A stretch of 64,000 nucleotides of DNA from an uncultured Alphaproteobacteria bacterium (GTDB taxonomy: Bacteria > Pseudomonadota > Alphaproteobacteria > Rhizobiales > Hyphomicrobiaceae): contig CAVSIY010000008.1 of NCBI GenBank assembly GCA_963728165.1, forward strand, positions 34,397 through 98,396, in the 5' to 3' direction. The translations under genes were made by a program, and so were the position numbers. The notes beneath the pieces were generated by a model. It saw nothing but the letters and a program-made list of their open reading frames with translations, did not search any database and had not been told where the DNA came from. The stretch's first letter is position 1; every line of letters starts with the position of its first letter. Of this stretch, positions 31,775-40,431 are shown piece by piece.

Positions 31775-32608
31775 CTAGGGATTGGCCGCGCCGAAAGCGT
31801 CGCAGGCGCGCCAATCCCCTCCCTCAGTCCCCCGCATGAACCAGCGCGTGCGCTCAGCGGAGGTGCCGTGCACGGCGAGCACTCTTAAGCGCTCGTCGGG
31901 ATCGCGACCCAGAATGCTGTCATCCCCGATGCGCGCCAGCACCTTGAGCAGGTCCGAGCGAAAGCGGGCGGAGTTGGCCCAGGCCGGGCTCGCCTTGATC
32001 CACACGCCGGCATAGCAGTCGGCCTCCAGCTCGAAACGCCGCAGCAGGTCGAGGCGGTTTGCCGGCGCACGCGCGATGACGTGGTTCAAGAGATAGAAGC
32101 GGCCGAAGATATTCTGGATGTGGTGGCCCATCTCGTGGCCGATGAGGAACGTGATCCCGGCCTCGCCTTGCGGCCCGAATCTCGCCATCAGACGGCTGGC
32201 CTCACGCGTGCCGACGAACACCGTCTGGTTGCCGCTGCAGTAGGCGGGGCCCTCACCCGCATAGAGGCCGTAGCAGTTGGCCGGCCCGAGGCGGGCAACA
32301 AAGCTGACGTTGATCGTCTCGATCTCGGCTGCGCGCGAGCCGATAAGGTGTTTCCAGGTGGCGATCGAATCGCCCAAGGCCCTTGCCACGATGGCGCGCA
32401 GATGCTGACCACGGGGGAGACCGCCGCTTTCCTCCGCCGGAGAGGCCGGTCCCCGCATGCCGACGGCGTCCGCCATTGGAAGAGCTTCGTGCCTCGGGCT
32501 CTCTTGAGCGCGCGCGGTTGCACAATGATGGAAGGCCGGGGCAATGGCTGCTGCCGCTCCGACCACCGTGGCCAACGCCGTCTTGCGCATGCGAGTGCTT
32601 TGCCTCAT
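31775..32608 (-). CDS. Neutral zinc metallopeptidase (YpfJ-like) with signal peptide
   Basis: GPAYCSGN.TVF, IGHEMGHHIQN, FELEADCYAGVW, HGTSAERTRWF.RG, ACD.F. Confidence 0.85.
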   Translation of the reverse strand: MRQSTRMRKTALATVVGAAAAIAPAFHHCATARAQESPRHEALPMADAVGMRGPASPAEESGGLPRGQHLRAIVARALGDSIATWKHLIGSRAAEIETINVSFVARLGPANCYGLYAGEGPAYCSGNQTVFVGTREASRLMARFGPQGEAGITFLIGHEMGHHIQNIFGRFYLLNHVIARAPANRLDLLRRFELEADCYAGVWIKASPAWANSARFRSDLLKVLARIGDDSILGRDPDERLRVLAVHGTSAERTRWFMRGTEGGDWRACDAFGAANP

Positions 32609-32680
32609 GGCACAAGCCTCCTGCCGGCAAATTGCCTCAGAGCCCCGCTCGTTCCGTTATCGCCCTTCGTTTCCTTGCGC

Positions 32681-33649
32681 TCAAAGATTGCTCGCATTGA
32701 ACGTATCGCAGGTGGCGATGTCGCCGCTCTGAAGCCCGGTGCTGAACCAGTGCACGCGCTGTTTCGAGGTGCCGTGCGTGAAGGCGTCGGGCACGATGCG
32801 TCCTTGCGTGCGGCGCTGCATCATGTCGTCGCCGATCTGGCTCGCCGCGTTCAAGGCTTCCTCCACGTCGCCCGGCTCCAGCCGCTTGTGCAGCTGATCA
32901 TTCCGGTTGGCCCACACGCCGGCAAGACAGTCGGCCTGCAGCTCCACGCGGACCTGCAAGGCGTTAGTGTCGCTCTCATCGAGGCTCTGCTTCAACTCGT
33001 CAACCTTATCCATGATGCCCAAGAGCTTCTGCACGTGATGACCGACCTCGTGCGCGATCACGTAGGCCTGCGCGAAGTCGCCCGGCGCATTGAAGCGCCG
33101 CTTCAGCTGATCGTAGAACGACAGGTCGATATAGATCTTGCGGTCGAGCGGACAATAAAATGGCCCCATGGCGGCGACGCCGGTGCCGCACCCGGTCCGC
33201 GTCGCGTCCGCGTACAGCACTAGAGACGGGTCGCTGTAGTGGCGCCCGAAGCCGGCGAAGAGGCCGCTCCACACGTCCTCGGTGTCGGCGAGCACCTGCG
33301 ATACGAACCGCTTCTTGTCGTCCTCGCTCTGCACGGCGCGTCCGCCGGGAAGACCGGGGATCTCCGAGGAGCCGCCGCGACTGGCCTGCCGTTCAGGGCC
33401 CGGCTCGGTGCTCGGCATCTGCGGCACCTGCGGAAAGCTGCCCTCGTTCAAGAGCTCGAGCGGGTTGATCCCAACCGCCCACAGGATGAGGCCGATCACG
33501 ATCAGCATGCCAATACTCTTGGCGTTCAGCGGGATCTGAACGACGCGGCCGTCGCCGCCGCTGCTGCCGGGAAAGCGGAAGATGGGGCCGCGCTCGGAGC
33601 GGCGATCCTCGACGTTGGGGCTCTCGCGATCTTCCTCACCGTAGCGCAT
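32681..33649 (-). CDS. Neutral zinc metallopeptidase (YpfJ family), membrane-anchored
   Basis: SPNVEDRR, TGCG...AAMGPFYCPLD.KIYIDLSFY, IAHEVGHHVQ, ELQADCLAGVW, DAFTHGTS.QR..WF..G. Confidence 0.92.
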   Translation of the reverse strand: MRYGEEDRESPNVEDRRSERGPIFRFPGSSGGDGRVVQIPLNAKSIGMLIVIGLILWAVGINPLELLNEGSFPQVPQMPSTEPGPERQASRGGSSEIPGLPGGRAVQSEDDKKRFVSQVLADTEDVWSGLFAGFGRHYSDPSLVLYADATRTGCGTGVAAMGPFYCPLDRKIYIDLSFYDQLKRRFNAPGDFAQAYVIAHEVGHHVQKLLGIMDKVDELKQSLDESDTNALQVRVELQADCLAGVWANRNDQLHKRLEPGDVEEALNAASQIGDDMMQRRTQGRIVPDAFTHGTSKQRVHWFSTGLQSGDIATCDTFNASNL

Positions 33650-33748
33650 GCCGTGAACTCCGCGGGCGACGACCGAGCGTCAGTCATAGTGCACGGGGAT
33701 TCGAAGCGGTGACAAGGCCGACGTCAGGCGAATGCCGGTGAGCGCCGC

Positions 33749-35218
33749 TCAGGGCGCGGCCTTGACCGGGGGCGGCGCGGGAAGTGCCGGCTGCTCTGCG
33801 GGTTCGGGCGCGACCGGTTTGGCCTTGGCGCGCGTCTTCACCAGGGCGCGCACGGCACGGGAGGCCGCGATCGTGCCGTCGTTGGCATAGGCCTCGTGGT
33901 TCTTCTCGATTTCTTTCAAGTCGTAGCGAAAGTTCACCATGAGGCCGAAGGCGTCGCGCAGGCCTTTGGGCGAGGGGTCCGCCATCCAGTTAATGCGCTC
34001 CAGCCGGGCGCCGTTGCCCAGGTGGAAGCGGGCGACGGGATCGATCACGCGCCCGTCCTCACCCTTGGCCACGAGAAAGTAATGGGCCGCGAGCGCGAGC
34101 AGCGAGGCCTTGAGCTCGTTCTCTTGAGCCTCGGCGGCGCGCGCGATGCCACCCGCGCGCTGCAGGGTGCTGAGCACCGCACGGGCCTCAGCTTCGATAT
34201 CGTCGCCTGACCCCTCGGCGGCGGTCGCGGCGAGCCAGCCGGCAAAACGCGGCATCGGCGACAGCGTCACGAAGGTTTTGAGCGTCGGCTGCTCGCGCGC
34301 CAGCTCCTCCACCACCTGCTTCAAGAGGAAGTTGCCGAAGGACACGCCCTTGAGGCCCTCCTGGCAGTTGGAGATGGAATAGAAGACCGCGGTGGTGGAG
34401 GTGCCGGCCGCGATCGGGGTCTCGGGCTCGTGCAGCACCTCGCCGATGGCTTCCGGCATGTCGCGCATCAGCGCGACCTCCACGAAGACGAGCGGCTCGT
34501 CGATGAGCGCGGGATGGAAGAAGGCAAAGCAGCGCCGATCCTTGGGATCGAGGCGGCGGCGCAGGTCGTCCCAACCCTTGATCTCGTGCACCGCCTCGTA
34601 GCGGATGATCTTCTCCAAGATCGCCGCGGGCGTGTGCCAGTCGATGCGGCGCAGGACCAGGAAGCCGCGGTTGAACCAGGCGTAAAGCAGGCGGCGCAGG
34701 TCGGCATCGACGGCGGCGAGCGCGGGGTCGTCGAGAGGGGCGCCCAACAGGTCGCGGCGCATGGCAACGATCTCCGCCGTCGCGCCCGGCGCCAGGTTGA
34801 GGCGGCGGAAGAACTCGAGCCGTGGGCTGTCGAGCGATTTCTGCAGCCGCGCCAGCGTTACGTCGGAAGGCTCGTCGAGATAGGCGCGTGCTGCGACGGC
34901 GACGCGGTCGGCGTCGGGACGCAGCTCGGTGGCAAGAAAGCGGAAGAACTTCTGGTGGTCGTCGTCGCCAAGCTGCGCGTACTGGTCGAGCAGCTCGCGC
35001 GCGATGGCCACGCCCGAGGCCTCGCCGCGGCCCGAGATCAGCGCGCGCGCCAGGGCCTCGATATCCTCCTCGGCGCCGGTGCCGAACAGCGAACGCGGCA
35101 GCAGCGCTCGGCCCTGCTCGGCAACCGAGCTCAGAAGCTCCTGCAGAAAGGCAACGTTCAAGTGTCGGATCCTTCCCTCGTCCTGGGCCAGCGCGCCGCC
35201 CCGCGGCGGAACCCGCAT
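33749..35218 (-). CDS. Malonyl-CoA decarboxylase
   Basis: WFNRGFLVLRRIDW.TPA.ILEKIIRYEAVH, RRCFAFFHP, FYSISNCQ.GL.GVSFGNFLLKQVV, DPVARFHLGNGARLER.NW. Confidence 0.93.
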   Translation of the reverse strand: MRVPPRGGALAQDEGRIRHLNVAFLQELLSSVAEQGRALLPRSLFGTGAEEDIEALARALISGRGEASGVAIARELLDQYAQLGDDDHQKFFRFLATELRPDADRVAVAARAYLDEPSDVTLARLQKSLDSPRLEFFRRLNLAPGATAEIVAMRRDLLGAPLDDPALAAVDADLRRLLYAWFNRGFLVLRRIDWHTPAAILEKIIRYEAVHEIKGWDDLRRRLDPKDRRCFAFFHPALIDEPLVFVEVALMRDMPEAIGEVLHEPETPIAAGTSTTAVFYSISNCQEGLKGVSFGNFLLKQVVEELAREQPTLKTFVTLSPMPRFAGWLAATAAEGSGDDIEAEARAVLSTLQRAGGIARAAEAQENELKASLLALAAHYFLVAKGEDGRVIDPVARFHLGNGARLERINWMADPSPKGLRDAFGLMVNFRYDLKEIEKNHEAYANDGTIAASRAVRALVKTRAKAKPVAPEPAEQPALPAPPPVKAAP

Positions 35219-35252
35219 GAATTAAGGGAGGTAGTGCGGGCCGGCGCCGGTC

Positions 35253-35555
35253 TCAAGCGGTGGCGGAGAGGGCGACGGCCTCGTAGGTCAAGACACGCCG
35301 CGACCGCGTCCACGGATCGACGAGGGTGCGGAACTCGGCATAGTGCGGCAGCTCGCGGTGGGCGAGGTAGGCCGCCTCGTCGTCATAGATCTGATACAGA
35401 AGGAACGACGTCCCCTCGACCGGGTCGAGGCACACGTCGTAGCGGCGGCAGCCCGGCTCCCGCTCGAGGCACGTCTGCGCATAGTCGATGAGCGCCGTGC
35501 GCATATCGTCCTGGCGCCCGCGCTCCGCCTCCATGAAGACGACGACCACGTGCAT
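35253..35555 (-). CDS. Putative quinol monooxygenase / ABM (LsrG-like) domain protein
   Basis: EPGC.RYDV......SFLLYQIY.DEAAY.AH...PHY. Confidence 0.85.
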   Translation of the reverse strand: MHVVVVFMEAERGRQDDMRTALIDYAQTCLEREPGCRRYDVCLDPVEGTSFLLYQIYDDEAAYLAHRELPHYAEFRTLVDPWTRSRRVLTYEAVALSATA

Positions 35556-35657
35556 GCTTTACTCTCTCAAAACTCTCTCAAAGTGGGGCCCCTCTCGCTT
35601 CGGCCGCCCGGGCAGGCGCCGAAGTGCGGCCGCCCATCTATTCCGAGCGGACATTCG

Positions 35658-35700
35658 TTAACCATTCCTAAACTCCTTGCGTTGAGATTGCATTAACCAT
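35658..35700 (+). promoter_or_regulatory. Candidate CtrA sites: TTAA-N7-TAAA and two TTAACCAT half-sites
   Basis: TTAACCAT at 35658-35665 and 35693-35700; the first extends to TTAA-CCATTCC-TAAA (one mismatch to TTAA-N7-TTAA). Confidence 0.5.
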
Positions 35701-35748
35701 TGCCGATACGCCCCATGCGGCAGAGCCCGGGGGGCCAATCGTTGGATC

Positions 35749-36246
35749 ATGCCCATGGATGCCTTCACCGACACCGCCTACACGACCTCGAGCCTTTCTG
35801 AGGCCAAGAACGACACCGGCCGCACCGCCTTCTGCGGCCCCTACGTCCTCTCCGCCATCACCGGATACTCCATCAGCAAGGTCGAGGACGTGATCCGGTC
35901 GGTGCGCAACAGCGTGCGCCGAACGCCCGTCAAAGGCACCGGCTCAGACGAGGTTGCAGAGGCACTCGCCCAGTTCGGCTACGAGATGGCGCTGAAGGAA
36001 AGCTTCATGAGCCGGCCGCGCAAGGAGCGTCCCACGCTGATGGCGTGGATGCAGAAGCCCCGCAACGTGTGGGCCCACTACATCCTCGCCGTGCACAAGG
36101 GCCGGCAAGGTCACTGGATCCTCATCAAGGGCGTGAAGATGTGCGACACCTTCACCGAGGGACGCTGGACCTTCGTCGTCGACGGGCCGCACCGCGGCGC
36201 CCGCATCATGGAGATCTTCGAGGTGCGCAAATCGCTGGGCGTCTGA
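35749..36246 (+). CDS. Hypothetical cytoplasmic protein, possible papain-like (C39-like) Cys-His-Asp fold
   Basis: FCGPYVLSAITG ... GHWILIKGVKMCDT; strong coding bias; no signal peptide. Confidence 0.55.
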   Translation: MPMDAFTDTAYTTSSLSEAKNDTGRTAFCGPYVLSAITGYSISKVEDVIRSVRNSVRRTPVKGTGSDEVAEALAQFGYEMALKESFMSRPRKERPTLMAWMQKPRNVWAHYILAVHKGRQGHWILIKGVKMCDTFTEGRWTFVVDGPHRGARIMEIFEVRKSLGV

Positions 36247-36297
36247 CGCGGCGACCCTTAAGACCTCGTTCAACAGCGCGCCCATACGATCCCGGCC

Positions 36298-36798
36298 ATG
36301 CGCAAGGCTACCCCGTTGCTGACCGCCATGTTGGCCGCCGCGATGTTTGCGGCGATGCCGCCCGCCGTCGCCGACGACACCGGGACGATCACCTCGTGCC
36401 TCGATGCCGAGCACAAGGCCAATCGCGACCCCCACATCTGCATCGGCCGCGTCTCCGACCCGTGCCTGGAAAAAGCTTCCGACACCACCAGCATGGTCGC
36501 GTGCGTCGACCGCGAGGTCAAGATCTGGGACGGCCTGTTGAATGCCGACTACCAGTCCTTACTCAAAGTGGTGCCCGCCTCGGCCGCCGACAGCGCGCGC
36601 CAGGCCCAGCGTGCATGGATCGCGTCACGCGATGCCGACTGCAAGGTGCCCTATGACATCTACGAGGGCGGCACCATGGCCCGCATCGACTCGGTGAACT
36701 GCCTCCTGGGCCACACGGGCGAGCGCGTGCTGCAACTGCGCACCTGGCGCAGCATGGCGCAGCCGGAGGAAGACAAGCCCGAGGAGACGCAGCCCTGA
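36298..36798 (+). CDS. Lysozyme inhibitor LprI / DUF1311 family exported protein
   Basis: Signal peptide; M..C...E...WD..LN..Y......A...QRAWI..RDADC......GGT......C. Confidence 0.85.
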   Translation: MRKATPLLTAMLAAAMFAAMPPAVADDTGTITSCLDAEHKANRDPHICIGRVSDPCLEKASDTTSMVACVDREVKIWDGLLNADYQSLLKVVPASAADSARQAQRAWIASRDADCKVPYDIYEGGTMARIDSVNCLLGHTGERVLQLRTWRSMAQPEEDKPEETQP

Positions 36799-36880
36799 GG
36801 CGGTGACAGTCCGTTGACCTTTGCCGGTCATCCTAGGGCGAAGCTTGAATCTGGCTGCGAAGACCCGCAAAGGACGCACC

Positions 36881-37057
36881 ATGCCCGTGCCGATCGTCTC
36901 GCTCATCGCCTACGGCTCAATCGTCGTCGCCGCGCTCGCGGCGCTCCCCATCTGGCCCTGGAGCCGCAATTGGGGCAACGGCAATGCCGGGGCGCTCGCC
37001 TACATCCTGCTGGTGATCTCGATCAACGCCGGGGTCACGCAGGTCCTCTCGGGCTAA
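36881..37057 (+). CDS. Small membrane protein, DUF3309-like
   Basis: LP.WPWSR.WG motif between two hydrophobic helices; AGGA RBS before ATG 36881. Confidence 0.65.
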   Translation: MPVPIVSLIAYGSIVVAALAALPIWPWSRNWGNGNAGALAYILLVISINAGVTQVLSG

Positions 37058-37084
37058 CGTCGAAGACGCCGCAGTAGGCCGGCA

Positions 37085-38332
37085 TCAACGCTTGCGCCCT
37101 CGGCCTCGATGGCCGCCGCCGCCATGATGGCCGCCACCGCGCCGAACCGCGGCTCTGTGCCCACCACCACCGTGGTGCGCTCTCACCCTGGACCGGCCTC
37201 CCGAATGCCTGTGAACAGATGACCGCCTTCTCGAATGCGTGTGGGCAGAGGACCGTTTTCTCGAGTTCGTGTGGGCAGACGACCGCCGTCTCGACTTTGA
37301 CGAGGCGCGGTTGCGATGCCCCTTCTTGACGCCGGCGGCGTGACCCTTCTTGACGCCGGCGGAGTGACCCTTCTTAACGCCGGCGGAGTGACCCTTTTTG
37401 GGGCCGATCGATACTGAATTGCCGTGCTTGTGATCACCCACCTTGGAACGGCGCCCGTCCCGCAGCTGCTGCTCGACACGGCTCCGTCCTATCTTGTCGT
37501 TGTGGTACTTAACGCCGCGCCGATGGTGGGCGTCGTGCCGCCACCGATTGGAGGTGATCCTCCGTCTGTTGACGTTGATCCTGTTGTATCTGTTGACGTT
37601 GACATGGATGTAGTGGCCGTCCCACCTGGGCGTGCACCAACCCCAAAAAGGAGCGATGACCACCACGCCCGTCCCCCAGTAATAATCATCCTCGTACTCG
37701 TAATCAGACGGCCAGTAGTAGGGTGGATAGTCGGGATACCACCAGTCGCCGTAAACGGCTGGCTCGTAAACCGGCACGTAGACGACATCGGGCTCGGTCG
37801 GCTCGATGTAGATGTACTCAGAGCCGCCCGAACGCTTGGTCGTGACCGTCTGATGCTCGTTGCTTTTGAGATGGCCCGCTGCCTCGGCCTTGTCCCGCAG
37901 GAACTGGACCCGATCCATGACATCGGCTTCGCTGGCGAGGAAGGCGTCGCCGAGCTTCTGGGTCCACTCGAGCTGCTCGCTCATCATGGCGAGGACGTCA
38001 GGGAACTGCGTGAGCGATTTGACGCTCGGATCCCAGTCCTTGCTCGCAAGCGCCTTCGCTAGCGCGTCGCCCTTCAGCTTGGCGTTCGCGGGCTCCTTGA
38101 TCCATCGGGCCGCCTGAACGACCTCGATGGGATAGGTGGCGGCCACCAGCACATTGGAGAGAAGATCGTCGGGATAGAGCGCTATTGGCGCAAGGATCTG
38201 ATCGAGCTGCTCTTTCGAGAAGGTCACATCAGCCTTGGCCGGAGTGTCTTGCGCCGACGCGGCCACGGGGGCCAGCACCAGAGGCACGGCGATAAACAGA
38301 GCCAACGCCGGAGCTATAAATCTTGCGAACAC
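37085..38332 (-). CDS. DUF3300 domain exported protein with long cationic His/Arg/Gly/Ser tail
   Basis: LDQILAPIALYPDDLL..VL.AATYP.EVV.A, WDPSVKSL..FP.VL, W...LGDAFL, IEP..P.VVYVPVY.P. Confidence 0.88.
   Translation of the reverse strand: MFARFIAPALALFIAVPLVLAPVAASAQDTPAKADVTFSKEQLDQILAPIALYPDDLLSNVLVAATYPIEVVQAARWIKEPANAKLKGDALAKALASKDWDPSVKSLTQFPDVLAMMSEQLEWTQKLGDAFLASEADVMDRVQFLRDKAEAAGHLKSNEHQTVTTKRSGGSEYIYIEPTEPDVVYVPVYEPAVYGDWWYPDYPPYYWPSDYEYEDDYYWGTGVVVIAPFWGWCTPRWDGHYIHVNVNRYNRINVNRRRITSNRWRHDAHHRRGVKYHNDKIGRSRVEQQLRDGRRSKVGDHKHGNSVSIGPKKGHSAGVKKGHSAGVKKGHAAGVKKGHRNRASSKSRRRSSAHTNSRKRSSAHTHSRRRSSVHRHSGGRSRVRAHHGGGGHRAAVRRGGGHHGGGGHRGRGRKR
37209..37391. repeat. Coding tandem repeats in the DUF3300 tail: 3 x 30 bp and 3 x 24 bp
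   Basis: 30-bp units at 37209, 37239, 37269 (SR.RSSAHT.); 24-bp units CCCTTCTTGACGCCGGCGG.GTGA at 37320, 37344, 37368 (GVKKGH.A). Confidence 0.8.
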
Positions 38333-38424
38333 GAACCCACCCTAAGCAGCTTACCCCCTAACTTAGGGTCTCATTGCGCTCATTCAATGAGCGAGATCAA
38401 TTCGGGCCAGCGCAAATTGTGCGC

Positions 38425-38994
38425 TCAGTCCTTCGCGCGCTCGACGTAGGAGCCGTCGTCCGTCATGACGACGACGCGCGTGCCCGCCCCGATGTGCGGC
38501 GGCACCATGACCCTGGCGCCGTTCGACAACACCGCCGGCTTGTAGGACGATGACGCCGTCTGGCCCTTGACCACGGGGTCGGCCTCGGTGATCTCCAGCG
38601 TCACGCGCGCGGGCAGCTCGATGGCGATGGGAATGCCCTCGTGCAGCGACAGCGTGCAGGTCATGCCCTCCTGCAGCCATTGGGCCTGATCGCCCATGAC
38701 GTCCTTCGACACCGTGATCTGGTCGAACGTCTCCGGGTGCATGAAGGTGTAGCCGTGATCGTCCTCGAACAGGTAGTTGTAGTCCTTGTCGTCGAGGTAG
38801 GCGCGCTCGACCTGGTCGGTGGTACGGTAGCGCTCGGTCACCTTCACGCCGTCGGCGATGCGGCGCAGCTCCAGATGCGTGACGGGCGTGCCCTTGCCGG
38901 GGTGGATGTTCTCGGCGCGGATGACGACGGCGAGCTTGCCGTCGAGATCGAGCACGTTGCCCTTGCGCACCGATGAGGCGATGACCTTTGACAC
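38425..38994 (-). CDS. efp: Elongation factor P
   Basis: HPGKG (modifiable Lys), [22 protein letters not shown]; GTG start. Confidence 0.96.
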   Translation of the reverse strand: MSKVIASSVRKGNVLDLDGKLAVVIRAENIHPGKGTPVTHLELRRIADGVKVTERYRTTDQVERAYLDDKDYNYLFEDDHGYTFMHPETFDQITVSKDVMGDQAQWLQEGMTCTLSLHEGIPIAIELPARVTLEITEADPVVKGQTASSSYKPAVLSNGARVMVPPHIGAGTRVVVMTDDGSYVERAKD

Positions 38995-39125
38995 TTAAGT
39001 TCTCCATTGCGCGGCCGGCCGGTGCTGGGCCCCGGTATGGAGCGGATGGCACGGTCGAAAAGGGGGGAGTGTTGGGCGCTCTCATACCCTGTCCCGGCCC
39101 CAAGGCCAAGCTGGGGCTCGCGGCC

Positions 39126-39241
39126 CCCTCTCCCCGTTTACGGGGAGAGGGCTGGGGTGAGGGGCAGCCACAAACCGCAGCGCAAGTTTCTGCTCCTCAC
39201 CCTAACCCTCTCCCCATACCGAAGACGGCATGGGGAGAGGG
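39126..39241. repeat. Paired inverted REP/RIME-like palindromic element between efp and epmA
   Basis: CCCTCTCCCC-GTTTAC-GGGGAGAGGG-CTGGGGTGAGGGG ... CCTCACCCTAA-CCCTCTCCCC..GGGGAGAGGG. Confidence 0.8.
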
Positions 39242-39274
39242 AATTTTGGGTGCAGATCGGCTAAACGAGAGCGC

Positions 39275-40318
39275 ATGAGCAAAGACACGCCCTGGTGGGA
39301 CCGCGCCGCGCATGCCGACCGCAAGCCGTTCCTGGAGGCGCGCGCGCGCATCGTGGCAGCCGTGCGCCGCTGGTTCGAAGCCCACGGCTTCACAGAGGTC
39401 GACACCGGCTGCCTGCAGATCTCGCCCGGCAACGAGGCACACTTAAGCGCTTTCAAGACCGAGCTGGTGCGCCCCGACCTGAGCCGCGCGACGCTCTATC
39501 TCCACACCTCGCCCGAGTTCGCGGCCAAGAAGCTGCTGGCGGCGGGCGAGGAGAAGATCTTCACGTTTGCCCACGCCTTCCGCAACCGCGAGCGGGGCGC
39601 GCTGCACGCGCCCGAGTTCACGCTGCTCGAATGGTATCGCGCCGATGAGCCCTACGAGACCGTGATGGCGGATGCGGCAGCCCTTCTGAAGCTCGCCGCC
39701 GAGACGGTCCACAACCGCTTCGTGTCGTTCCGCGGGGTGACGTCCAATCCGCGCGCCGAGCCCGAGCGGCTCACCGTCGCCGAAGCGTTTGGCCGCTACG
39801 CCGGCATCGACCTCTTGGCAAGTCTCAGCCAGGATGGCGCCGACCGCGACCGCCTCGCGGCCATGGCCGAGACCGCAGGCATCACGGCCCATGCCGACGA
39901 CACGTGGTCGGACATCTTCGCCAAGGTGCTGACCGCTGCGATCGAGCCCAAGCTCGGCAACGGCCGCGCGACGCTCCTCACCGAGTATCCCGCCGCCGAG
40001 GCAGCGCTGGCGCGCGTCTCTGCGCACGACGCCCGCATTGCTGAGCGCTTCGAGCTCTACTGCTGCGGGGTCGAGCTCGCCAACGGCTTCGGCGAGCTGA
40101 CCGACGCCGCAGAGCAGCGCCGCCGCCTCGAGGCGGAGATGGACAAGAAACAAGCCCGCTACGGCGAGCGCTACCCGCTGGACGAGGACTTCCTGGCCGC
40201 GCTGGGGCACATGCCGCCGGCCTCGGGCTGCGCGCTGGGCTTTGATCGTCTCGTCATGCTGGCGGCAGGCGCAACGCGCATCGAGCAGGTGATTTGGACG
40301 CCGCTCGGCGCCGGGTAG
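39275..40318 (+). CDS. epmA: EF-P lysine aminoacylase (EpmA/GenX/PoxA)
   Basis: LHTSPEFAAKKLLAAG, FRNRERG.LH.PEFT.LEWYR, ERFELY.CGVELANGFGELTD, PASGCALGFDRLVML. Confidence 0.95.
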   Translation: MSKDTPWWDRAAHADRKPFLEARARIVAAVRRWFEAHGFTEVDTGCLQISPGNEAHLSAFKTELVRPDLSRATLYLHTSPEFAAKKLLAAGEEKIFTFAHAFRNRERGALHAPEFTLLEWYRADEPYETVMADAAALLKLAAETVHNRFVSFRGVTSNPRAEPERLTVAEAFGRYAGIDLLASLSQDGADRDRLAAMAETAGITAHADDTWSDIFAKVLTAAIEPKLGNGRATLLTEYPAAEAALARVSAHDARIAERFELYCCGVELANGFGELTDAAEQRRRLEAEMDKKQARYGERYPLDEDFLAALGHMPPASGCALGFDRLVMLAAGATRIEQVIWTPLGAG

Positions 40319-40431
40319 CGGGTGACGGGCTCTGCCCCACGACGACTCCTCAGCGCAATGAAGATACGGCTTCATATTCGATGCGCTCGCGGCTAGCATC
40401 GAGCCCATCGAATTCTGCTGAAAGGTCGGCT

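Noticed and set aside
37209-37391. Short tandem repeats as a possible CRISPR array
   Set aside because: Units are contiguous without unique spacers, are multiples of 3, lie in-frame inside the DUF3300 gene, and there are no cas genes.
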